A stretch of DNA of 64,000 nucleotides from Candidatus Cacconaster stercorequi. Its GTDB lineage: Bacteria > Bacillota > Clostridia > Oscillospirales > Oscillospiraceae. Positions 29,703-37,887 of this stretch are shown one piece after another; the stretch's first letter is position 1, and the number at the start of each line of letters is the position of its first letter. The stretch spans positions 6,861 to 70,860 of the forward strand of contig JAGHUH010000007.1 of NCBI GenBank assembly GCA_018064925.1. Reading direction: 5' to 3'. The notes under the pieces are model-generated. The model saw only the letters and a program-made list of their open reading frames with translations, was not told the DNA's origin and searched no databases. Made by a program: the position numbers and the translations under genes.

Positions 29703-32700
29703 TTAGAATCTTCTTGACCGCTTGCGCAGGATCACAGCACCGGAGCCAAGAGCCGCCAAGCTGAGAGCCAGTATGTACGGGAGGACGTCAAGGTCAATGC
29801 CGGTATCCGGTTTATCCTTCTTATCATTGACGAAGCTTACCGTGGTTTCACCGAAGATCTCGTCCAGTGCACACACCGTACCTTTCTTAACATCTCCGCT
29901 GTTGACGGTGTAAGTGGTCTTATAACCATCTGCGTCAGTCTCCGTGATCTTGACGGCACTTCCGTACTGGACCTCGATGGTCTCACTATCACCGCTCTTC
30001 AGCATAACGGTTTTCTTCTGTGGCTGGCCATTCATGTCGGTATATTCAACTTCAAAGCTGAATTTCTTCGTCTTGTCGCCCATATCACCGGTGACGGTTT
30101 TGACGATGGTCAGTGAAGCATCTTTCGCCTTATTATTCACTTCAACGCTTGTTTTTCCCGTGCCGCTTATTACGAAGGTACGCATCGCGCCTTCAGTGCT
30201 TGTCGTTCCGACCTTAATCGTCGGTGAGAAGATACCGGGGTCTGTTTCCGTGATGGTCACGCTTGCTCCGTCCGGAACAAGGTTTTCGATCTCTATGGAC
30301 TCACCGTTCTTAAGTGAGAAGGTGAAGGCGATGCTGCTCTTGCTTACCGCGGTTCGGGTCACGCCCTCCGGTATTTTCGCTTTCCCGTAGAATTCCGCGT
30401 CTGTAAAGTCAAACTTTCCGCTTGTATCGGTGATCGTAAGCTCCATCGGGAAAGCGTCCTCGGTCGGTTTTCCCTCTACGACCTTTTTAACTACAATATC
30501 GCCTACATCGATATCGGTATTGGTTACAGTAAAGGATCCTCCGCTTCTCGTCATTGTGAACGATCCGGTGTCGGAAGCGGATATGGTGCCGTTCGCATTC
30601 ACCGTGACAGAATAGTTCTCATGATTGGTCTCTGTCAGCGTTGCCTTTGCCCCTTCGGGAATGAAATTCTTGAAGTATATCGTATTTCCTCCCGTGAGGG
30701 TGAAGGTAAAGGTGATCTGATGTGCCGTTTTGGATTTAACGGTAGCGCCGTTATAGACCGCGTCCTGCATATAATAAGAGGCGTCGGTAAAGTCTGCGCT
30801 CTTTGCTACATCTATTATCGTCAGCGTGAACGGGAAGGCTTTATCCGTACTTGTTCCGCTTCCCAGAACTTTCGTGACGGCGAGGTCTCCCGTAAACACA
30901 TTAATCGCTCTGGCATAGCCATTGATCTTGTCTTTTTCAAAATCAAGCACATAGGAGGCTGTGTCCTGCAGACTAGAAGAATGCCATACAACGAACTTAT
31001 ACCTGTCTACACCGACAGTTGCCTCAGCCGCCAACTTGATTAAATCGTATTTTGTCGGCGTGGTCAGAGTAAGCTTATTGCCTTCTATTGTAATCGTTAC
31101 GTCGCTCTTATCCGTTGTAAACGTATAGTTGTTCAGTACATTGTTGGTGTCCGTAAGGCTCAGCACATAATTTGAGCCAACTTTCTTCATCGCATAGGTG
31201 GGGGCGTTTGCTACGTTATCACCCATGAAGCTTGGCAGCTTGGACAGATCCTGCACATTTTTCTCAAATCTGTTATAGGCTTCCACAATCCGCCCGTATA
31301 ACAAACCGTTCGGATCCAGACATTCCAGAAGACTGCCGTATGCACCTTCCGGATAAACATGGTTGAAGTTTCCATCTCTCTGACCAACGATGACCTCCCA
31401 GACCAGCATCTGGGTAGCAATGGCTTCCGCCATATTCTGTGCCATCACGGGGTCTTCCTGTGATTCGAGATATCTCCAATCATAGCTGATGTTGCCCTTA
31501 TAGCCCATGGTAAGAACACGTCCGAGCAGGGTCCTGATGGTATTGGTGTCATATATGGTACGGTTGTCGTAGACGTCTTCCCAATAATTCTCCGAAACAC
31601 CTGCGTAGTAGTTCCATTCGTTCTGGGACCAGTCCGGTTGGATGCAGTAGCTGATCTGGCCCTCGTAGGAGTCCATAGAGCGAACGAACCAATAACTGTT
31701 GCTATGGGAATGCGTCCAGCCATTTCCCAAATCCCACCATTGCTGCCAGTTCACTTGAACACCGGGAATCGCTTCGAAGAACACTTCGCCGTACCTCGGA
31801 GCCTGGATGTTCAGTACAATTTCATGCCCATCATCCATCTCGACGAGGACCCAGACCCAGGAACCGCCGTTATAACGCTGCTCCACCTTGAGTTTCCACG
31901 GGTCAGCGCCGGCAGGATTGATCACGCTGATGTAGTCTGTCTCTGTCGATTCTACATTGACTACGTCTTCTCCGGTATACTCGCTGTCCTTAATTGCTGA
32001 AAGGATGTCTCCAATCGTTTGAACGCCCGACGACGTCCCGAAGTAATATGTACCTTCGCCGTAATAGTTCAGAAGATTATTGGAAGTGAGGTTCACAAAC
32101 ACTTCTGCCCCATCATTGAAGGAAACGCAGAGTGTTTTGCTTCCCGGGAACAGATTCGTGACTTCGCTGCCCCACTCGTCAGACAATGCGGAGGCCGTCT
32201 TATTCACGTGAATGTTCCAGTCGCCGGTGATCTGTGACGCTGTCAGCAGACTGTCACCGAAGACATCTACCGCTGTGACATCCGAAACGGATTTTGAGGA
32301 ACCGCCGGCCGCGAGGATCGCGGACAGCTTTGTGTTTCTGCCGTTGACAGCGTAATCAATGCACGGGACATCGATCGTCAGCTTGATCACAAATTTTTCT
32401 GCACCGCAGTAGATGACGATCTTTTTAGTTTCCGAAAGATCCGTGGCAGTGAGCAGACCAGTGCTCGTATCATAGCTGATGCCGCTGTCCTTGGGGTTGA
32501 CGCCGGTCACAGAACCAACAGAATAATTGAACGTAACTTCTCCGCTCTCACTGCTTTGTCCCTGCAGGGCAGCAAACAGATCCGTAAGAGAAATGCTTCT
32601 GCTCGTTATCGTATGAGTAAACGAGGGAACCATGTCTATGTTCAGCTTGGCGCCGTTTTCTACGACAACATTTCCGCCGTTTCCGGTATAGGTGTCGCAA

Positions 32701-34547
32701 TTGCCGATATGGGACTCACCCTTGACATTGATCGTTGCGCTGCTTCCATTTGCATACGCCATGGTTCCGGTGGGGGAAGACTTCTTTTCGCAGCTGTCAA
32801 TATAGGCACCGCCGTCAATGGTAAACGTTCCGTTGTTGATGTATACTGCGCCTGCTTTTCCGCCCTTGCAGTTTGTAATGGAACCGGCTGCCATATTGAC
32901 GTTACCGCCGTTCGTGATATAAACACCGCCGGTATTGCTGTTTGAATAGCAGTACTTTACTTCGCCGCCGTTCATATTGACCGTGCCGCCGTCCACAAAG
33001 ATCGGAGCCGACAGGGTTGTAATGCTGCCTGCACCTGAGTAAAATCCCGCTACGGTTCCGGCATTAAAGTTCAGCGTGCCACCCTTGTTAACGTTAAATC
33101 GGCTCGATTTTCCTCCGTTGGCGTTGCAGATCACACCGCCGTAAAGCGGAACTGTACCATTTGTGCTTGGGAACCAACAGCCGTAAGTGGAAATCTTTCC
33201 GTAATGAACGGCGGTCGGATTTGTATCGACAATGGTGAGGGACGCACCGTTATTGACGATAATCGAGTTATCCTGCATGTTAAGCGTGTGCCCGTTCAAA
33301 TCGATGACAACACCCGCTGCATTGACAGTCAAATTTCCGTTTGAAAAGGCGTCCGAACCCAGATAATACTTTGCATTGGCAGTAGTGATATAGGCTACTT
33401 TCAGACCAGACGGACTGTCTAACTGCGTGCCTTCCGGATCGGTGACCTGGATCACTAAACCCTCTCCATCGGCGAGTTTCACAGTGAGCGTTTCCAGGGA
33501 CTTAAACTCCTGCAGACTTGTCAGCAGCCAGTCGCCTTCGGTCTGCTCAACTTTGATATATTTCGGTTCGGAGAATACAACACTTGTTACATTGGCAGCG
33601 TCCTTCTTAATACCAAGCTCTTCAAAAAGCGCAGAGAGCAAAATTTTGCTCTCGCCTGCGATGCTGAACTTGTAGCCCTCATACTCAAAGTCCACGGTGA
33701 ACAGGAACGTGGAGAAGCTGTCGGTAATAAAGGTCACGACACCGTTATCATTGACATACGCGGGAATGAGCTCATATTCCGGATAATCTTCCCCGACCTC
33801 TTCAGCAGCAGTTTTATCCAGCTTCAACGCCGTCTTGAGAGACGCGAACATGCTGGGATTCTTCTCCGGCTTAGGTTTCTCAGCGGGTTCTTCCATCTGC
33901 TCGACTGTGACCATTTTATCCTTTATATGAAGGATGCTGATCTGCGCACCTTCGGGCAGGCCTTCCAGAGAAGCAGTAATCTGACCATCGGGCTCAACCT
34001 GTTCTTCATTTTCATTGATGAAGCTAAGGTTAAAGGCATAGTATTCACGCGTAATGCCTTCAGCGACCGGTACCCTCTCGTCCATGAATGCTTTTTCCTC
34101 AACGAGCGTATCGGTGTTAACAGACCTTGCGCTCAGTCTGGTGTTCTCGGGGATGGCACCGTCTACAAACACGCTGAAACCGGGGACATTGTCCACCGCG
34201 GTAAGCAGCCCCTCACGCTTTTTTTCCGTCTGCTTAGACTCTTCCTCGGCCTCTGTGGGAGCCCCGGCCTCTGTGGGAGCCCCAGCCTCTGCGGGAGTCT
34301 CGGTCTCTGCGGGAGCCCCAGCCTCTGCGGGAGCTTCGGTCTCTGCGGGAACCCCGGTCTCCACGGGAGTCTCAACAGTCTCATCCTCCGTAGGTGCGGA
34401 TGCAATAGTTTCCTCAGACCCCGCCATCTCAGACTCAGCGGCGGCAAGGGGAACTGCAAAGCCACACAAAAGGACGACGCAAAGCATCATCGCCAGTATG
34501 CGCAGCGCGCACCGTCTTACCTTACGATTCTTGTGTTTGTTACTCAT
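29703..34547 (-). CDS. large sortase-linked tip adhesin with thioester domain
   Basis: signal peptide, PAE repeats, beta-helix-like GGxV repeats, YCIQP and TQMLVW motifs, C-terminal pilin-like domains, PDTG + TM + RKRSRR. Confidence 0.85.
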   Translation of the reverse strand: MSNKHKNRKVRRCALRILAMMLCVVLLCGFAVPLAAAESEMAGSEETIASAPTEDETVETPVETGVPAETEAPAEAGAPAETETPAEAGAPTEAGAPTEAEEESKQTEKKREGLLTAVDNVPGFSVFVDGAIPENTRLSARSVNTDTLVEEKAFMDERVPVAEGITREYYAFNLSFINENEEQVEPDGQITASLEGLPEGAQISILHIKDKMVTVEQMEEPAEKPKPEKNPSMFASLKTALKLDKTAAEEVGEDYPEYELIPAYVNDNGVVTFITDSFSTFLFTVDFEYEGYKFSIAGESKILLSALFEELGIKKDAANVTSVVFSEPKYIKVEQTEGDWLLTSLQEFKSLETLTVKLADGEGLVIQVTDPEGTQLDSPSGLKVAYITTANAKYYLGSDAFSNGNLTVNAAGVVIDLNGHTLNMQDNSIIVNNGASLTIVDTNPTAVHYGKISTYGCWFPSTNGTVPLYGGVICNANGGKSSRFNVNKGGTLNFNAGTVAGFYSGAGSITTLSAPIFVDGGTVNMNGGEVKYCYSNSNTGGVYITNGGNVNMAAGSITNCKGGKAGAVYINNGTFTIDGGAYIDSCEKKSSPTGTMAYANGSSATINVKGESHIGNCDTYTGNGGNVVVENGAKLNIDMVPSFTHTITSRSISLTDLFAALQGQSSESGEVTFNYSVGSVTGVNPKDSGISYDTSTGLLTATDLSETKKIVIYCGAEKFVIKLTIDVPCIDYAVNGRNTKLSAILAAGGSSKSVSDVTAVDVFGDSLLTASQITGDWNIHVNKTASALSDEWGSEVTNLFPGSKTLCVSFNDGAEVFVNLTSNNLLNYYGEGTYYFGTSSGVQTIGDILSAIKDSEYTGEDVVNVESTETDYISVINPAGADPWKLKVEQRYNGGSWVWVLVEMDDGHEIVLNIQAPRYGEVFFEAIPGVQVNWQQWWDLGNGWTHSHSNSYWFVRSMDSYEGQISYCIQPDWSQNEWNYYAGVSENYWEDVYDNRTIYDTNTIRTLLGRVLTMGYKGNISYDWRYLESQEDPVMAQNMAEAIATQMLVWEVIVGQRDGNFNHVYPEGAYGSLLECLDPNGLLYGRIVEAYNRFEKNVQDLSKLPSFMGDNVANAPTYAMKKVGSNYVLSLTDTNNVLNNYTFTTDKSDVTITIEGNKLTLTTPTKYDLIKLAAEATVGVDRYKFVVWHSSSLQDTASYVLDFEKDKINGYARAINVFTGDLAVTKVLGSGTSTDKAFPFTLTIIDVAKSADFTDASYYMQDAVYNGATVKSKTAHQITFTFTLTGGNTIYFKNFIPEGAKATLTETNHENYSVTVNANGTISASDTGSFTMTRSGGSFTVTNTDIDVGDIVVKKVVEGKPTEDAFPMELTITDTSGKFDFTDAEFYGKAKIPEGVTRTAVSKSSIAFTFSLKNGESIEIENLVPDGASVTITETDPGIFSPTIKVGTTSTEGAMRTFVISGTGKTSVEVNNKAKDASLTIVKTVTGDMGDKTKKFSFEVEYTDMNGQPQKKTVMLKSGDSETIEVQYGSAVKITETDADGYKTTYTVNSGDVKKGTVCALDEIFGETTVSFVNDKKDKPDTGIDLDVLPYILALSLAALGSGAVILRKRSRRF
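34250..34375. repeat. 7 x 18-bp tandem repeat in adhesin N-terminus
   Basis: units like CCTCTGYGGGAGCCCCRG encoding PAEAGA/PAETET. Confidence 0.9.
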
Positions 34548-34735
34548 TTTCTGCACCTCTCAGTTCAGCGTTCCAGATATTTTCAAGTTCTCATTGTGTC
34601 ATGTGTAGATGGTTATTTAAGTGTCTCTTCGACCGTTCTATGCAAATTCGGTCGTCTCTTTATGGGCAGCTCGATATGCATTTTCATCCGATTGCCTCTC
34701 TCTTGCCCTTTGAGAGAATGACCCGGCCGCATTGC

Positions 34736-35299
34736 TCACCGCCAGCCAAATGCTGTACTCGGTGTCCGAATCGTCTTCAAGTCTTCCGTTAATGTTTTTT
34801 CTGCAAAGCACAGCGTCATCTCAAAGATATAATTAATAAGAAAGCTGTAAAATCTATGTGCGCTCAAGCCATATCGCATTTCAAAAAGCTCATAGACTTT
34901 ACTAAACCCACCGTTATATGCCTGCCGCATACTCCTGATTTCGTCCGTATAGAGAGAGGAGTACCGGTAACGAACCAGGAATACTGTTTCCTCTTTGTGA
35001 TCGATCAGATAGCGATACACCTTGCGGCATGTGGCATATATCGCAAGTTCAAAGGGAGTATCGTCAGGATTCCGAATAAATGCGCTTTGTGTCAGAATGC
35101 TTGAGACCTGCTTATCGATATAAAGGAATGTTTCACGCAGAAGAATTTCCTTTGTGGGGAACCTGCGGTACATCGTGGCTTCGGAGAATCCTGCATATTC
35201 CGCAACATGTTTTGTGCGCATATTCTCTATACCGATTTCTGCGACTGTTTTAATTGTTCCCGCTATAAAGATTTCATCAAACGCTCTCCTATATGCCAC
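34736..35299 (-). CDS. TetR/AcrR family regulator, probable frameshift near the 3' end
   Basis: HTH GIENMRTKHVAEYAGFSEATMYRRFPTKE; GTG start with GGAGG RBS; alternative frame runs to 34638. Confidence 0.85.
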   Translation of the reverse strand: MAYRRAFDEIFIAGTIKTVAEIGIENMRTKHVAEYAGFSEATMYRRFPTKEILLRETFLYIDKQVSSILTQSAFIRNPDDTPFELAIYATCRKVYRYLIDHKEETVFLVRYRYSSLYTDEIRSMRQAYNGGFSKVYELFEMRYGLSAHRFYSFLINYIFEMTLCFAEKTLTEDLKTIRTPSTAFGWR

Positions 35300-35382
35300 G
35301 CCAGATCCTCCATATTAGAAGTGCTTGCGCTCATTTAATTCTAAAAAAACGCAAAAATTGCATAATAAAACACACCTGCATA

Positions 35383-35410
35383 CTGGCACATAATACTCAT
35401 TATGTTGCAG
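35383..35410 (+). repeat. left dif-like recombination site
   Basis: CTGGCACATAA-TACTCA-TTATGTTGCAG; 35384-35405 matches the reverse complement of 35651-35672 at 21/22. Confidence 0.85.
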
Positions 35411-35596
35411 TATGCAGGTGTCACTATATGGCCGAATACTATGGAAGTCAGCTGAGATTATGAAAATGGGCGCAACAAAATAAGCCTTGTCCTTTTTGCT
35501 TTTGAAAAGAACGGATAAGGCTTTGTTGCCATGCCCTGTTTCAGGCTTGTTAACGAAATGATAGCAGTTGATGTCATACTTTTCTTAAATTACCCC

Positions 35597-35625
35597 TTGA
35601 TTTTCAGAGGTGAATGTAGTATTAT
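35597..35625 (+). promoter_or_regulatory. putative sigma-A promoter inside the invertible segment
   Basis: TTGATT-N17-TATTAT, extra TATAAT at 35629, facing the right site. Confidence 0.6.
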
Positions 35626-35645
35626 ACCTATAATACTTAATCAGA

Positions 35646-35673
35646 TAATTACATAATGAGTATTATGTGTCAT
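35646..35673 (-). repeat. right dif-like recombination site (inverted)
   Basis: on - strand ATGACACATAA-TACTCA-TTATGTAATTA; same 6-bp spacer as left site. Confidence 0.85.
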
Positions 35674-35674
35674 T

Positions 35675-35697
35675 GTCGCCGTCGGGCGGCTTTTTTT
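35675..35697 (+). terminator. rho-independent terminator just outside the right site
   Basis: GTCGCC-GTCG-GGCGGC-TTTTTTT. Confidence 0.7.
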
Positions 35698-36541
35698 ATA
35701 TGACCAGACGCATTTGCTCCATACATTGCCGATGTTCAGCGCCGGTTGAGATGATATAGATGCGAGTTGTGTTGACGCTGCTGTGACCGAGTACATCAGC
35801 CAATCTCACGATATCCTTCTCCAAACCATAGAAAATCCGTGCAAACAGGTGCCGCAGATTGTGGGGAAAGACCTTTCTTGGATCTACATTTGCTTCTTCG
35901 CAAAGGCCCTTCATTTCCCGCCAGATATTGGAGCGGCTGACCGGTTTTCCGGTTCGTGTAACGAACACGCAGCCGTCCGAGATCTTCTGCTTAGATATAT
36001 ATCGCAGCAACTTCTTTTGCAGATCCTTTAACAAAAGTACAACTCTTGTCTTTCCCTTTAGCGACACCACCGCTTTTCCATTTCTCACAGCCTCCACCGT
36101 AATAAACGGTAGCTCGCTAACACGAATCCCGGTACTGCATATCGTCTGCAGGATCAGGCAGAGCCGTTCATTATGCTTTTTCTGCGCTGTACGGCATAGT
36201 CGTTCGTATTCCGCTCTGGTCAGTTCTTTCTCCTCCGGGCAGAACACCTGCTGCTGGACCTTCAGAGATTTCACCTTCAGATCTGTCCACCCGAGATAGC
36301 AGAACAGGCTGTTGATGCTTGCCAGCATGGAGTTGATACTGCGGACGGCGTAACCGTCATCTAACAGATGCTGCTTGTATGCAATGACTATTTCTTTGGT
36401 TATTTCTGCACCATCCATATAGGACGCAAATGCCGTCACATCACGGATATACTTCTCTATGGTCGCATCGCTTTTTTCCTCCTCCGTAAGATATTTTTGA
36501 AATCTGCCTATGATTTCTGAATTTATAAATCTTTCTTCCAT
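35696..36541 (-). CDS. tyrosine site-specific recombinase (XerC/D-like, SAM-like N-domain)
   Basis: full catalytic set: TGIRVSEL, KGK, PHNLRH, LGHSS, TTRIY. Confidence 0.95.
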   Translation of the reverse strand: MEERFINSEIIGRFQKYLTEEEKSDATIEKYIRDVTAFASYMDGAEITKEIVIAYKQHLLDDGYAVRSINSMLASINSLFCYLGWTDLKVKSLKVQQQVFCPEEKELTRAEYERLCRTAQKKHNERLCLILQTICSTGIRVSELPFITVEAVRNGKAVVSLKGKTRVVLLLKDLQKKLLRYISKQKISDGCVFVTRTGKPVSRSNIWREMKGLCEEANVDPRKVFPHNLRHLFARIFYGLEKDIVRLADVLGHSSVNTTRIYIISTGAEHRQCMEQMRLVI

Positions 36542-36662
36542 GTGTATTTACCTCCGGGTTATAGTGTGTAGATAGTTTACCCCGAAAAGTATGACTTAAA
36601 ATGCCTATCAATCGTTGGTCACGCTACGGATAAAACCGAATGTACGGATATTGTATATATGA

Positions 36663-36716
36663 GAAAGCCCCACCCAAATTTCGAGGATTCTTCCTCGAAT
36701 TCGAGTGGGGCTTTTT
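36663..36716. terminator. hairpin terminator upstream of the recombinase
   Basis: AAAGCCCC(C)AC...GTGGGGCTTTTT. Confidence 0.6.
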
Positions 36717-36728
36717 GTATTTATGACT

Positions 36729-37310
36729 TTATTCCAGATATTCCGGCTTTATTCTGTATCGGCATACACCGTAACTGCTGACAGACCGTTCCAGCACTTC
36801 ATTTGGAATAAACGGAAGCCATTTCCGTGCAAAAGCAGTCGTACCGAACCAGGCGTCGAAGTTGCCTGTAGGAAGAATGACCCAGTCGGTATCCTCTTGC
36901 CTATTTACTATATAGTATTTCGCAGTGTCGGGAGCAGGTCTTCCGGTGCACGCTCCGGTGTGACCGAGCTCAGTTTTTCTGTAAGTTCTGCGGAAAGTGA
37001 GATATCCGAATCGCGTAAAGAACCCGTTTCCGCAGCGTCGGCGATGATATCCTCAAAGCGGAGGATCCACGCCCCTTTCGTTGTTGCCGTAAACAGCGGT
37101 ACCTGGTATTGCAGGACCTTGTTCCGCCATGCAGCTTCAAACCCTTTTTCCAGTGCAGCGCAGCTTTCCGATGACTTTTTGCTCAGTTTTCCCGGATGCT
37201 CTTTGGAAAACCGGATAATATTCTGCACATGACGGTAAAACCATCCCGCGCCGTTTGCATCCACCAGCTCCGGGAACATTTTGTGCAGCTTTTTGTAATC
37301 TGTATCATCC
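36729..37310 (-). pseudogene. 5'-truncated, frameshifted hypothetical gene
   Basis: ORF 36908-37369 continues in another frame from about 36920 (YYIVNRQEDTDWVILPTGNFDAWFG...YGVCRYRIKPEYLE*); no credible start. Confidence 0.65.
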
Positions 37311-37394
37311 TGCCCGTCCTTTTTCGGACGGGCTTTTTTGTGCTGTCCGCACAATCCGGGGCAGTTCACAGTTCATCACATCCGGTGCTTTTTC

Positions 37395-37649
37395 TCACTT
37401 CTCCAGTTCCTCGATGCGCTCCATGACCTCGTCAATGAGATCCTCCAGCGCCTCATGCTCCTCGGCCCAGTCGGTGTACGCCTCGTCGGTCTCATCTTCC
37501 GGCTCGGCGGCGTCCATGTCGCGGCGGCGCTCCTCCAGCATTTCCAGATAGTCCCGCAGCTCCAACAGTGTCAGCTCCGACACCTCCACTTCCTCCATGG
37601 GCGCTTCGCCGCCGTGGGCGGCACGGTAAAATTCTTCAAAACTGAGCAT
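37395..37649 (-). CDS. small acidic hypothetical protein
   Basis: AGGAGG RBS, host-like codon usage, Glu-rich helical 84 aa. Confidence 0.7.
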   Translation of the reverse strand: MLSFEEFYRAAHGGEAPMEEVEVSELTLLELRDYLEMLEERRRDMDAAEPEDETDEAYTDWAEEHEALEDLIDEVMERIEELEK

Positions 37650-37887
37650 CCTTGCCCCTCCTGTTTCTTTCTTGTTTCCTATTCTGCCCCAATTCTCCGG
37701 CACTGTCAAGACGCGCCGCGTTAATACAATCTTAAACTTTTGCCCTCTTGTTTCTTAATGCGTCCGTGATTATACTGAAAGCATCACATGGGACAGCTGA
37801 CCCAATCCCTCGACAGACTCCGGCGCAGACTCCGTTTTTTTCTCTGCGTGCGGCGGTTTGTCATACCCTCTGGAAAGGAATGCCCCC

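Larger units (their letters stand above)
23281..37373. mobile_element. about 14-kb genomic island (recombinase, invertible switch, pilus operon, Cys-repeat/AP2 genes)
   Basis: visibly lower GC; all genes on - strand; truncated genes at both ends; flanked by CATC direct repeat and the two arms of a 14-bp inverted repeat. Confidence 0.75.

Noticed and set aside
34250-34375. CRISPR array
   Set aside because: Contiguous in-frame coding repeats without spacers; no cas genes in the window.
35383-35673. Chromosomal dif site, or attL/attR of the island
   Set aside because: There are two copies, inverted and about 260 bp apart, internal to the island. This geometry gives inversion, not dimer resolution or excision.
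23281-37373. Conjugative element or diversity-generating retroelement
   Set aside because: No relaxase, T4SS, reverse transcriptase or template/variable repeat pair was seen.
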